In this document: positions 25,572-38,578 of the stretch, in pieces | Layout: every line of letters starts with the position of its first letter | How positions within the stretch are numbered: the first letter of the stretch is position 1 | NCBI RefSeq assembly: GCF_006345805.1 | Contig: NC_043001.1 | Location: 106,578,001-106,642,000, forward strand | Length of the DNA stretch: 64,000 nt | Source of the DNA: Octopus sinensis | Lineage: Eukaryota | Direction: 5' to 3' | Translations under genes and position numbers: made by a program | The notes under the pieces: model-generated | What the model saw: the letters and a program-made list of their open reading frames with translations, nothing else | Database searches by the model: none | Told to the model about the DNA's origin: nothing

Positions 25572-26689
25572 AAATTTACAAAGCATTACAAAAGAGCGAC
25601 TAACAGTTTCATGCTTTAGAGGTACAATAAATTAGCAGATTTATATAACAGGCCATGTATCTCCAACTGATCTTTCAGACTCAGTATTTAAAACCCAGGA
25701 TGTTGGTCTATGAGAAAACATGAAGTAAACAGTGAGAAGAAAACAACACGAAGACGGATCATGCAAAAAGTGGAAAGAGAAAATAGGAAAGAAAAGTTTA
25801 AAAAATCAAGGTTTTCGTCCTCTTTGTCTGTAAAAGTCATAATCTAGCTAGTGTATATAATATAACAGGAATAAGGCTAATGTCTGTGAGATAGCTACAC
25901 AATCAGGTGCTGCTGGTATCTTCCAGTTCGACAAAAGAAACTTTTCAATGTGCATGTATTTTTCTGAAAATTCCAGATCTGGAAATAAAGTGTGGTGGAA
26001 TTCTTGAACCAAAAAAGTATGTGCGATATATGTGTAAGTTTATTAAAAATTCCCTTTATGATAAGTATAAACCAGTTAACGACCAAAGTCATATATAGAG
26101 GTATATTCATGTGTGTGTATGTGTGTGTGTGTCAGTTGAGCATCTTAATATACGCTTTGTTCCGTTTCTCTGTATTCCACGTCGCACCTGCTATCTTATC
26201 ACAACTTTCGTTCAGCTCTTCACCACAGCCTTAACTTACCATCTCACTACATCCATTAAACCTCTCTGATCTCAGTTCCCCTCCCCGCTTGATTGACATG
26301 GCTCAAGGATCCTAACTAAAGCCTGCACTCCACACTGCCAGCCGCTCAGATAACCCCCTGGGTGTTGAACCTCGTATGCCTAGGCAACTGAATAGGATTG
26401 GTATTACGTTGTGCTGCTTTTAGGACAATCCATATTATCCCCTTTTCTAATAACTTATATGTAAGACAATAAATACATAGAAAGCTAGTTAGTTAGATAG
26501 AGAGAGAGACGTGTGTGTGTGTGTTTGTGTGTGTGTAAAATATCAAAAGAGATTCACAATAAATTAGCAGAGCTAATATTTAAAGCATATAAAACTAAAA
26601 TTGTAACAAAATATTTAAAATTTTATTTATTATTTAGATGCTAAAGTGACTGCTGTATCACGAGAGTATATTATGAGCGAGTGGGTGGG

Positions 26690-26733
<44 letters not shown>

Positions 26734-27155
26734 TGTGTGAGTGTGTGTGTGTGTGTACGTATGTATATGTATGTATGCATATGTATGTTTATATGTATGT
26801 GTCTATGTGTATGTATAAGAGTGTGTGTGTTGAATAAGTTGGTATGAAAGAGAATGTGTGCATATGTGAGTGTATGGTATGGCTATTAGAATGAGTGGGT
26901 GAGAGAGAGAGCGAGAGAATGAATGTGTCCGCGTGTGTATGTGTGCGTGCGTGCGTGCGTGTGTGTTCACAGAGTTGGTGCGAAAGAGTGTGTGAGTGAA
27001 TATGTGAGCATTTGATGAAACTGTTAGAGAGAGAAGGACAGAAAGAAAGAAAGAAAGCGAGTGAGGGAGTGAGTGAGTTAGTGAGTGAGTGAGTGAGTGA
27101 GTGAGTGAGTGAGTGAGTGAATTAGTGAGTGAGTGAGTGAGTGAGTGAGTGGGTG
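26690..27155. repeat. (GT)n and (GAGT)n microsatellite cluster
   Basis: Seen directly. Confidence 0.95.
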
Positions 27156-28304
27156 AGAAAGGGACGGAATGGCAGATGTTGGCTCTGTTAGTGTGGAAAT
27201 ACAACGAATCTTACCAGCTGCCACTTCTGAATGTCAGCATGACACTACTTTCCTACGTGGCGTGATAATAACATGGTGAAAAAAGCATATAATGCAATTG
27301 TGCAAAGAAGAGAAAAACCTGGTGGAAAGTACAATAAAACGAAACAGCACCATTCAGAGTGAATGTAAGCTCGCATAAAATTCAGAAATCTTGGAGCTTA
27401 TCGTAATAATCATCAATAAAATACGTTCACCACACGCTAAGTCCTTGTTTTTATCTCTCTATTCCAAACATCCAAAACTAACATTGTTATGGTAGATCTT
27501 TTTTATGTTTGTTTTATTTTCGACAAACATACAGTTCTACACGTCACATCAAAAACGAACAAGAGAAACATTAGCTATGAAAAAGAAATTAATGAGAAAC
27601 GTGCAGTATATATCTACACGCTCATAATTGTAACTATAAACATTTGTTTGCTACGTATTAAAACAAACTGCAAAAACATCATCACCAGAATGGAGAGATT
27701 TCCTATATGTTCATAAAGGGAGTTTATTAACTCGCTATCCACAGCTACAATGCTCTTTTCAGATGTTAAAAATCTACATTGTTCATATACCAACAGAATA
27801 CATTGTCAAAAATGAAACAGTACACTGCTCTTAATCTGTCATTGACGAAATCCCTGGACGGAATATGTTGTTTTTTGTTTTTTTCCAAAAATGACACAAG
27901 CATTAAAACTAACAATACACCAAAGACAAAGAAAATTTCTTTCAGAAATTATTGCGTTCCTTTGTCTGTAATAATGGCTGATTTCCCTCATCAGACTTCG
28001 CTCATACGGCAGCAATGCAATGAGTCGCCTCCACTAATTCGTCTCAATTTATTTTATTGCCCAATTAAGGGAGAAAATCGATCAGACAAAAACAAAAAGG
28101 ATACAACTAGGACGGAGTCGAAAACCATTTTTTGCATACCATACACATTCTTCCACCTCTCTGTTTCCATCTCTTTTTTCTCTCTCTCTCCGTCTCCTTG
28201 CCTCCATCTGTGTGTCTCTCTCTTTCTCTGTATGTGTGAGTGCGCGTGTGTGCCTCTGTGTGACCGCGCGCGTGGTGTGTATGTATGTACGTATGTGTGT
28301 GTAT

Positions 28305-28386
<82 letters not shown>

Positions 28387-28485
28387 ATATATATATATAT
28401 ATATCATGTATATTTGATTTTAATATTTTGCCTGTACGGCTTGTAGTCACTGCCACTAGCGATGGTAATTTTAATAGTACTATCG

Positions 28486-28690
28486 CTCTCTGTGTTTAGC
28501 CCCTTGTGGGTAATAAAGAAATAGGTATTTCGTGTCTTTACGTTCTGAGTTCAAATTCCGCTGAGGTCAACTTTGCCTTTCATCCTTTCGGGGTCGATAA
28601 ACTAAGTACTAGTTGCGTACTGGGGTTGATCTAATCGACTGGCCCCTTCCTTAAAACGTTCGGGCTTTTTGCCTAGAGTAGAAAAGAATA
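28486..28690 (+). mobile_element. SINE-1 dimer remnant (38-bp type-A tail + type-B body)
   Basis: CTCTCTGTGTTTAGCCCCTTGTGGGTAATAAAGAAATA|GGTATTTCG, junction at 28524. Ends GTAGAAAAGAATA. Confidence 0.9.
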
Positions 28691-29734
28691 TTTCCTTCGA
28701 CCAGGTTTCTCTCATCTGGCATCGTTCTACCACAGACTATAGTAGAAAATACGTTCTCAGGACGACATCATATTGAGATTGAACATGGAACCATGTGACT
28801 TGCAAAACTGGCCTTTTATAACCACGTGGCTATGGCGGTGTACATCACTGTTGATATCAATTTTAACACAAGACCACTGCCACAAATTTTTCAGAAAGCA
28901 CCATAGCCGTCAGTATTTACCCCGTCACATTTAATATGACCCCTAATCACCTTAAACCACTCCTCTACCGAACGCATGAAAGCCAAATTCGAGCCGATTT
29001 GAATCTTAACTCTGAACATAAAGGGACGAAATTAAATATTATACGATATTTAATCCGACTGTTTGTCATTCAAGTAGTAAAATTGATATTATATTACTGT
29101 GACGCATCATGTGGACGGAATTATAATAGAAGCTGGTTTCTGCCATTGCTTCACGTTGCTATATCGTTTCCGTCACCTCTGCGATGGTAATAATAACAGT
29201 AATAGCAATGATCATAATATACGATCTTAGAGAGTTACAAGGTCACATATTTGAGGGGAAGGAAGGTGGAGAGTGGATTGCTTTTAATTACCCCCACCGA
29301 CACCATCCACTCTGCCTTGAATCCCTTTTGTGTAGGTTAATAAAACCAAGTCGATTCTGGCAGTATTTGACCTCAGAATATAAATACTATTTCAGCTAAT
29401 TCTTCTATAACTCCAACAGCAACAGTTTCACCATCCATTGCATCCATTTCTTAATGCTTCGTGGTTAGGACATTGAAAAAGGCAATTGTTTAACACAACA
29501 TAAAATTTGTGCGAGCGTGTATGTGATTTCATTATATTGCTGCGTATGGCGACCATCTCCCACCACACATACACACACACACACACACACTAACGATTCT
29601 GCCAATCTGTCAGCCTTAATAATTGCTTCGAAACAGCAATTAATTATATAATATCACCAAAGCATTCATAGATATAAACAATTTCATTGATGAAACGTTA
29701 ATTTCCCCATGTGTCAACTCCAACACCTTTTAGC

Positions 29735-30061
29735 TTTCTTCTTCTTCTTCTTCTTCTTCTTCTTCTTCTTCTTCTTCTTCTTCCTCGCCTTCTTCTTCTT
29801 CCTCGTCTTCTTCTTCTTCTTCTTCTTCTCCTCGTCTTCTTCTTCTTCCTCGTCTTCTTCTTCTTCCTCGTCTTCTTCTTCCTCCTCTTCTTCTTATTCT
29901 TCCTCTCCTTCTTATTCTTCCTCTCCTTCTTCTTCTTTTTCTTCTTCTTCGACATCTTCAATTTCTCCAAATTCTTCACTTTCTTCATCTTCGTCTTCAA
30001 TTTCAATTTCTTCTACAATTTCTTCAATTTTTTCTTCAACTTCTTCACCTTCTTTTTCTTC
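29735..30061. repeat. Compound (CTT)n tract at the 3' end of the R4-like element
   Basis: Seen directly. It reads (GAA)n-rich on the minus strand. Confidence 0.95.
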
Positions 30062-31240
30062 TTTGTTTGATTTCAATTTTATTGCACCTTCCAGTTGGGT
30101 CTCAGTGATAGATCTGAGGCACGTATATATTTGATGGGGGAAAAAAACTTCCTGAGAAGGTGAGTGATAGATGTCAGCACAATTTTTTTGGACTTCGTTG
30201 ATTCTTGGTTTCTCGGGGTTTTAGTCAAAAAATTTGTCAGTACCCTTCTTGATCATTCCCAGGGCTCACACTATAACAGGGATTGTTTTGGTTCTTAATT
30301 GCCACATCCTAGACGTCTCAATATCAAGGTCCTTGAATTTCGATAGTTTTTTTAATTCTTTGGCTAAAATGTTTCTATCACTAGGCACCGCCATATGTTT
30401 TTTGTCTTATGTCTTGTATAACGATATCTGTCCTGTTTTCATTTGTTTGCCCATCTCTATGTATTGCTTGAAGGAAATGTAGAGACTGTGTCAAGAAAAA
30501 TCAATGCATGACAATGCCCCAAACAAGCCGGGGAAGCATTTGTAGATATACGAAGAACTCCTCAGTGGCTGCAGAGCAATGCTTTGAAAGTCTATAAGAT
30601 GGTAACATTCTCTACTTCAGCGACTGGCCCTGGATGCTGTTTGTATGGCATGTGGTCATAACAATTCATAGTGCCGGCATATGCTCCACTGCAAGTATTG
30701 GCCAACTCGATCATGCTTGGCTTTATATTCTGTAGGGACAAAGAACTGAGCAAGCGGCAACAATGTGGTTAATGATATCAAGCCTTTCATTGCAGAGTCT
30801 ACACTTTGTATCTGCCCCCATTTTGAGTGACATTAGCTTGATAGTTCAGGATTAGGATACTCTGATCCTCTGCCACAGGATAAATCGACTGTCAAAGCAG
30901 TGCTCTACAGCCACAGATGAGTTCTTCGCATATCTACATATGCTTCCCCGGCTTGTTTGGGGCATTGCCCATGCATTGACGTTCCTTGTCACAGTATCTA
31001 CATTTCCTTCAAGCTTTCCTTTTTGGCTTTTGTCTTACACTTTTCTACTGTCGTAGTGGGTGGTGTGTCTTCGTTATCATCATCATAGTCAGGGAAGTTA
31101 AACTCTCATCTGTATTTATATACCTCCTTTGAGAGTGAGAGCAATTTTTACCCTGTGGTATTCAGTGGAATATTTGCTGTAGCCCATCTTTTATACCAAG
31201 ACAAAACATTGTACATGATAACACTTCCAATCAGTTAAGA
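30062..31240 (-). mobile_element. R4/Dong-like retrotransposon 3' part (CCHC knuckle + restriction-like endonuclease + 3' UTR)
   Basis: Minus translations are collinear: SMHGQCPKQAGEAYVDMRRTHLWL, GADTKCRLCNERLDIINHIV..EYKAKHDRVGQYLQWSICRHY, NVTIL*DF, NRTDIVIQD, MAVPSDRNILAKELKKLSKFKDLDIETSRMWQLRTKTIPVIV*ALG. Confidence 0.88.
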
Positions 31241-31329
31241 TGAGAAGTCATGAGAACCACTGCCTGGTGCTGCATCATGGCATTCAGAAACCATGAGAGC
31301 CACTGCCTGGTACTGCATCAGGGCATTTG

Positions 31330-31354
31330 TGTTCTGCTGCTGCTGTTGATGTTG

Positions 31355-31412
<58 letters not shown>
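31330..31412. repeat. (GTT)n microsatellite, preceded by a 42-bp tandem duplicate (about 31249-31327)
   Basis: CATGAGA(A/G)CCACTGCCTGGT(G/A)CTGCATCA(T/G)GGCATT x2, then (GTT)n. Confidence 0.9.
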
Positions 31413-31413
<1 letters not shown>

Positions 31414-31439
31414 TGTATGGGTCACCATATCTAATAAAG

Positions 31440-32130
31440 GTTGAACAAAAGAATGTCTGGAAATGTTATATAACATTTGCAACTATTTTTGAAATAAGAA
31501 TGCTTCAATTTATGTTGAAATAATGGGTAAATCTCTATGCCACATCCGGTACCCTTTGAAGACATTCATTTCTTCTTCCATTAATCTATTGGTCAGCAAC
31601 ATATCTAAGTGCTCGTATCTCTCATTATTTCTTAATGATCTAACGGCATTGTCTGTAGTAGTTTTATATCATCAGATTTAATCTTTCAGCATTTCTTCCT
31701 TATTAAAACTGCACAATTATTTGTTCTAACCCGCATTTCAATGACTATTTTAAACATTCTTACTGCTTGAATTAGAGAATCCAATTCTTTTCCCTTTTTC
31801 CAGCACAGTTTGGGTTGCTCCAAACAAACTTCCAATTTCTTTCTTAAATCTTTGTTTCGGGTTTTCTCGCATGATTAGTTGGTTTTTCATATTCTTGGTG
31901 TCTCTGTGGAACTAACAACATCACTGTATTTCTTCGAACACATTTTCCTTTCACAGTTTCTCCTGCTTCGGTATGGACATTTCTCTTCAAGTTTCTCGCA
32001 TACAAATCCTAGTCCTATTGCAACATTTTAAAGTAGCTCTTCACTCTTTCCAAGATAATGGTTTACTGACCTATTTTCTCTCCAGATATTCAATCAGTAA
32101 GTTTTTTTTCCCCTTCGTGTATAAACAATT
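31440..32130 (-). mobile_element. R4/Dong-like retrotransposon upstream fragments (RT region and N-terminal region)
   Basis: ELDSLIQAVRMF..EMRVRTNNCAVLI (cf. ELDSLIQTVRIFS.DIGMEFG.EKCA.L), and further upstream AGETVKGKCVRRNTVMLL. Confidence 0.7.
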
Positions 32131-34380
32131 GGCATTTGCTTTTGAATGAAATGCTCCCTGAATGGTTGGGCTTTCTCTCGATTTTCTCTCGAATGCATGT
32201 TTCATTTTTCGCTCAACTCACAATTCCAGCACTACAATGCATGACGGCAACCACTGACGCGTTGAACAGATTTATCAGATTCTTTGTATTAAATTTAGAT
32301 TTATAATTATTAATGTTGCTGCTGTCGTTGTTGTTGTTGTTGTTGTTTTTGTTGTTATTTGACGTATGAAGTCGCACGATTTATCGCTCTGTCGCATATG
32401 GACAATTTCCAAGCATAACATGAGAAAAACAAACATTTTTTTTTAAAATATATTTTCTTATAGAACTTTTCTAGAACACCCTAAGCTTTCTCTCTCATTC
32501 ATGGAGAGAAAAACGGTTTCTCATTTTATAGACTTTTAAATATAATTTTATTCCTGCTTACATTGAAACCAAAATGGCTTCCAGCCACAAAGACAAAACA
32601 GCCCCCAACCTCCGTGAAACTCAACTGAAAGCAACATCACAGGAAACGCTGAAGCGAAACGGGAAAAAATTAATGACACAACAGAGCGTAAACATATCAG
32701 AAGTAGAAATTATAATGACTTTGATAGAAAGCCGTGGTATTAGCTTGAATGTTCGCAGTAATAAGGTAAACAACAACAAGAATGCGCACGCGCGTGCACA
32801 CACATACACACACATATACACACACTGAAACACATTTATTTTGGCTGACACTATGTAACGAAAGCGAGCTCAAGTGCAAAACAATGAAGGTAACCTTTGC
32901 GTTTCCAGAGTCAGGAGTGTGTTTGCGGTTTCTAAATATCAGTTGACAGTCGATGTGTGGAGTGAGATATTCTCTCTCAGAAAAAGAAGATACTGACGTC
33001 ACAAACAGGACACTTGAGCAAGTACAATAGGTACCAGCTGAATAGGAGACGAAAAATTATATGGGTTACGGAGAGGAACTTCGGAAAGAATCGGAGAGTT
33101 ACTGTGAGCGACATCGGAGATGACGTTGACACCTGACTCAATGAGTCCCCTCTTGTTTGTCCCCTCTATGTTTAACCCCCTGTGAGCAATAAAGAAATAT
33201 ATATGTGGGGTGAGGGTTATGTGTGGGAAGGGGGGGGGGGCACGACGGATTTCTTTCAGTTTCCGTCTGCTAAATCCACTCACAAGGCTTAGGTTGGCCT
33301 CAGGCTAACTCAAAAGACACCTGCCGAAGATGCCACGCAGTGGGACTGAACCTGGAAACATGTGGCTGAGAAACACTGCGCCTATATGAGAAAACATTTT
33401 TAAAATTTGAGAAATTATCTCTTGTAAACAGCGTCAGTGGGTCCAGTCTCCGCTTCCCGAAGATTAAACAGAAATGTTTTTCAAACCCATGGTGTAAACT
33501 CGCTTTCCGCATTTAGCAGTAATAAAATTTCGAGTGGATGTATCCACTTTCCGCGTTCAAAGGGTTAAGCAGGTCCACTATGTACAACCCATTTATACTG
33601 CAAACGTCAACTTCATTGTAAGTGGCCATCGAGATATAGAAGATGTCAATGGTTTAAATTCTTTGACCTCAGTCCTCTTCTTATCGAACAACAGGATTTT
33701 AATTCAAGCTTGATTATTTCAATATCCACTTCATCAATGCTGACTTTATCTACTGGCGAATTTTATAGCTTCAACCTTAAGGATCTAGATATCAAACAGG
33801 TGAAGCCGATCATATCGCATTTATGTACAACTGGTCCTACTCACATTTCTAGTGACTCTCACCCAGCAGAAACTGTGACTGTTTGCTTCCATTCGAAGCT
33901 TAATCACCTTCATAATTTTCTGATTTAGATTTCTTAATTTGCACGCGAGTGTGTATGTGTGTGTGCAACGGACGTCAATATTTCCTTCGACCAAATGTGT
34001 GTGTGTGTGTGTCTTTTGCTTTTTGAGTGTTTTGCTTATGAAGTCTATTTTTGTTTTAGCCCAGTTTATTAATGTACACCAGGTTCATTTGTGAAGTTTA
34101 TTTTGTGATACTTTCGCCTTCAAAATGCTCCTCATTTAACCTACACATTCCATTCTCTTCGTTTATCTTAGTGCTTTGTTGTTATAATTGAGCACTAATC
34201 CATTACATCTATTGTTATCAACCTGATAGAAGTTATTCGTCATGTCCGAAAACGTCTTTGATACTAGAATCATTTTTCTTTTTATTGGAATCGGTCAAGC
34301 AAAGACCTGTAAAGGAAACAACTCTATAGCTCCGGTCACTTGATGTCCTTACTGTGCAGTTAAAAAAAAAAAGACTTGCC

Positions 34381-34674
34381 CTCCGTCGGTCACGCCGACG
34401 CCGCGGGTTCCTGTTGATCCAATCAGCTGAGCAACCTGCTCGTGAATTCAACGTGCAAGAGGCTGAGCCGTCCACTGACACGCGCATAACCCGCTAAACG
34501 CTGTTCTAAAGGAGATTCAGTGTGACACAGAATGTGACAATTACAAGCACAATTCCTTTTTGCCAGCTGAGTGGACTGGAGCAATGTGATATAAAGTATC
34601 TTACTAAAAGTCACAACACGCTGCCGGGAATCGAACTCACAACCGTGAGTCGAATACCCCTTGACTACTAAACC
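34381..34674 (-). mobile_element. SINE-4 copy whose A-box is hit by SINE-1
   Basis: GAGTTCGATTCCCGGCAGCG..CAGTCCACTCAGCTGGC..module X. Confidence 0.8.
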
Positions 34675-34907
34675 TGTTTCTTTATTATCCACAAGGGGCT
34701 AAACACAGAGGGGACAAACAAGGACAGACAAACGGATTGAGTCGATTACATCGACCCCAGTGCGTACCTGGTACTTAGTTTAACGACCCCGAAAGGATGA
34801 AAGGCAAAGTCGACCTCGGCGGAATTTGAACTCAGAACGTAGCGGTAGAAGAAATACGGCTACGCATTTCACCCGGTGTGCTAACGTTTCTGCCAGCTCG
34901 CCGCCTT
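34675..34907 (-). mobile_element. SINE-1 type-A full-length, 17-bp TSD
   Basis: CCCCTTGACTA(C/G)TAAAC at 34657-34673 and 34908-34924. Confidence 0.95.
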
Positions 34908-36039
34908 CCCCTTGACTAGTAAACGACCTGCCTTCATACTGTACATTTTAGCCTTTTACGGGTTACTATACTGGTTTATCATCCAGTGTGCAATGTGCGT
35001 GTTCTGTCTTTTTACCTGTTTAGTTGCTAGTCTATTTACTGACCAGTTTGTCTTATAAGCTAGTTTTCATTACTTAGCAAGTGGGACAAAGTTATCAAAG
35101 ATGTTCAAGCAATGATTATGCCATTTTTGACAGAAAGAGTCTACCTTAGATTGCGTTATCTAATGTATTTTTCTTAATTCAGTATGGTGTAAACTGCAGA
35201 AGATTTGACTGTTATTTCTAGTAGCTCGAAAAACCAAGAAGGGTCTTCCTTCAATGTCCTGTAATGGGGATTGTAAATACGAGCAACATGAGACAGTTTT
35301 TGTATCTTTGCATTTAATATTACCATTGCAGATCGAGCAGACATCTGGTTAATATTATTCCAGCCATGACTATTAAAATGTCTTCTTTTTAAATACTTAA
35401 AACTACATTGTCGCCCGATTTCACATCGCCACATCGCTTGTGGGATCCTTTATTCGACTTCTTTCTATGGTAAGCATTTTTGCCAGTTTCTCCGGTCTGA
35501 AGATAACTTTGCCGGTTATGAGTCGCCTATTTAAGTGAGAACTATATTTGTGACATGTAAGCGATACAAACTTGCACCTAGATTATTATTGTTGTTGTTG
35601 TTGTTGTCTATTTAATCAAGTACCAAAATCGACGCGTTTATTCGTTGACTACACAATCAACAACACAGGAAATTTCCTTGTGTACCGACTCTGGAAATCA
35701 TTACATCTTTGTTTTAAATATGTGGGATACATTTAAACAGATGCGACACACGATCCACAATTTTCATTCAAACGAAAACTTTATTTTGAATAAAAGAAAA
35801 TTGTTGACGGTGCATTGGAAGGTAGATTTGAAGCATTCACGTTCTGTATCGAACATGTTCTCACTACTTCTGCCATGGAACTTAAGATTATATATAAAAG
35901 CACCGACCCATGCAAAGATCTACTCTGGTCGCAGGATATTATGAAACACACTCAGTTCGATCCTTCGTCTTTACACAAAGTCAAATGAAGCAACTAAGTT
36001 ACCAATAAAACAAAGTAATTTACTGTTCGGTCTCTTACT

Positions 36040-36271
36040 TATTTCTTTATTACCCACAAGAGGCTAAACACAGAGAGAACAAACAAGGACAGACAAACGG
36101 ATTAAGTCGACTACATCGACCCCAGTGCGTAACTTGTACTTATTTAATCGATCCCGAAAGGATGAAAGGCAAAGTCGACCTCGGCGGAATTTGAACTCAG
36201 AACGTAACGGCAGATGAAATACCACTAAGCATTTCGCCCGGCGTACTAACGATTCTGCCAGCTCGCCGCCT
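36040..36271 (-). mobile_element. SINE-1 type-A full-length, 15-bp TSD
   Basis: GTTCGGTCTC(T/A)TACT at 36025-36039 and 36274-36288. Confidence 0.95.
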
Positions 36272-36729
36272 TAGTTCGGTCTCATACTATCAATTTTGCA
36301 GCTCGTTTATCGGTCCGGATATGATAGCTTTCTTCAGCTAGGCAACTCATTCATCAGTCATATGTACAACTAACCAGCTTGCTATGTATTCCGACATTAC
36401 GGCATCCACTACAGCAACCAACGACTAACCACAGTTTTAGTTTAGTTCTACATCCAAACACTTCTTTCAGTTTCTCTGCATGAAGTAAGCCAAACTTCGA
36501 CAGGCTACTGAAACATTGATGATATGAATGAATGCACAGTCTACTGTTACAAGCCATCACAGCTTAAAGCTAATAGCTATTTCAGCTTACAGTTCAAGTT
36601 ACATATCCCCTTCAGTCCTGCAACAAACGAATCTCTACTTCAACACCGGAATTATTAATCATCTACTTTCAATACGACACATGTTCTTAACGGACCAAAT
36701 ACCAAAGACTGAGAATTGTCTATCATTTC

Positions 36730-36790
<61 letters not shown>

Positions 36791-37201
36791 ACTCACTCAC
36801 TCACTCACTCACTCACTCACTCTTCCTATATATATATCCTTCGCTCCATCTCTCTCTCCTCTCTCACACACATCCTCTCTTTACGTGCCACTCTAAAAAG
36901 TATGACTGAAGTTCACAAAAACCTTATATAATACATTTTCTATATAAAAACAACTTCATGTCGACGTTGCAGTTACTTGTTGCTGTTGTTGTTGTTTTGT
37001 TTCTCAACCTTTAAAAGCCATGAATCACTAAAAAAAAAAAAAAGGCAGAGATTTGTGCCATTTCTTAACAACAAAGTCTTTGGATAAACGTTTGATCAGC
37101 TCGAAACAACATCCAAATTTCCTTTCGACCAACGCCTTCAAAATGTTAGTTTCTAAGCCTACACTGGTTACTCGTTGACATATCTGGAACATTTTTAGAC
37201 T

Positions 37202-37342
37202 TACAGTTCTATAATTAAGAGATGAGGAATTATGTACATTATTTACATTATTTACATTATCTACATTTGACGGATATTTATCCTCATCTTGTTTGTTGTT
37301 AACACAACGTTTCGGCTGATAAACCCTACAACCTTCATCAGG
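37202..37342 (-). mobile_element. Penelope-type short element with hammerhead-like core (second partial copy 59849-59955, plus)
   Basis: Minus: CTGATGA-A-GGTTG(tagggtttat)CAGCC-GAAA-C-GTTGT(gtta)ACAAC. The downstream AACAAGATGAG..TACATAATTCCTC is shared with 59880-59955. Confidence 0.65.
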
Positions 37343-37512
37343 TTCCGGGTTCAGTCCCACTGAGTGGCACCTTGGGCAAGTGTCTTCTACTATAGCCGCG
37401 GCCCGACCAAAGACTTGTGAGTAGATTTGATAGACGGAAACTGAAATAAGCCCGTCGTATGTGTGTGTGTGTGGTGTGTGTGTGTGTGTGTATTTGTGTG
37501 TGTGTGTGTGTA

Positions 37513-37544
<32 letters not shown>

Positions 37545-37730
37545 GTGTGTGTGTGTGTGTGTATTTGTGTATGTATGTCTCCAACATGCGGTTCGACAAA
37601 AGTGACCGACAGAATAAGTACTAGGCTTACAAAGAATAAGTCCTGGGGTCGATTTGCTCGACTAAAGGCGGTGCCCCAGCATGGCCGCTGTCGAAATGAC
37701 TGAAACGAATAAAAGAATGAAAATAAAAGA
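37343..37730 (+). mobile_element. SINE-2, 5'-truncated, with central (TG)n
   Basis: Family motifs as at 12987. Confidence 0.92.
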
Positions 37731-38578
37731 TGAAAATTCAAACTTGTAATATTTCAGTATTAACGAATCTAGTTTATTGTTATAATAGCAGTTTAGTCTT
37801 TCCACCAAGCTCTGCGTAAAGCAATGAACAAACGACCGTGTATCACGAAGAGAAAGGAATTTGGAGGAAGAAGGGACTTGAACCAAAACGTCAGAGCTCA
37901 CGTCTTGGTCACAGATAAATTTGCTTCTATTTTATGGTGGTGGTAACTCTATATATACTTCTTTCTTTCCTTTTTTTTTACTTCTCAGACAATTACTCGT
38001 TTCCTCAAGCACAACTTGGTCTTGTTTGTAACTTTTTATTGTTATATATATATCATGTCCTTTCTCTCTGTTTTGTGGGGTTTTTTTATAAAATTCTAGT
38101 CTACATATTTATTGCTGCTACAGTCGTTGTTTGGTTGTTGTTGTTGTTCTTCTTCTTCTTCTTGTTGTTACCAGTGTTAAATTTGTCAGTGCTGTTGTTG
38201 TATTTGTTGAGGTTTTATTATTATTTTATAGCTACTACTTTATTTTATTTATTATTTTCATGTTAATGTTTTCTCTCGTTTACAATATACATTTTTAGTA
38301 GACACTTGGGTATAAAATTTTGAAGAAGTTTTGATAAATGATAAATTATAAGAACAAGAAAACTGAATAACGTAGCAATATATATCACATATTATCGTAT
38401 TGACATTTGAGATAAATGGAAAAGTACTACGAGTGAGTAAAAACAAAAATAAAGTTATATGGTGGCAAAATATTATAGACTAACACTGGCCAAAACACAA
38501 AGGCATCTGTTTACAGTAACGTGGGATCGAACGTCCACTTATCTCATCTAGAAATAGTGTTTATAACATTGAATTATT

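Noticed and set aside
26240-26387. Minus-strand candidate exon with a perfect GTAAGT donor
   Set aside because: All three frames contain stops for each acceptor tried.
27215-27252. 38-nt minus-strand candidate exon (ESSVMLTFRSGS)
   Set aside because: Splice signals only, with no recognisable peptide or partner exons. The same applies to the donor at 56995.
29735-30130. Glu-rich protein-like frame on the minus strand (EEKEGEEVEEKIEE...)
   Set aside because: It has in-frame TAA stops, no start or splice signal, and is the GAA tract at a retrotransposon 3' end.
30466-31014. MITE with 127-bp TIRs
   Set aside because: The interior and right arm are collinear R4-like coding sequence and there is no TSD. 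Reinterpreted as a templated inverted duplication.
33533-33568. piggyBac-like end (AAAGGG|TTAA with a small palindrome)
   Set aside because: No matching opposite terminus was found in the window.
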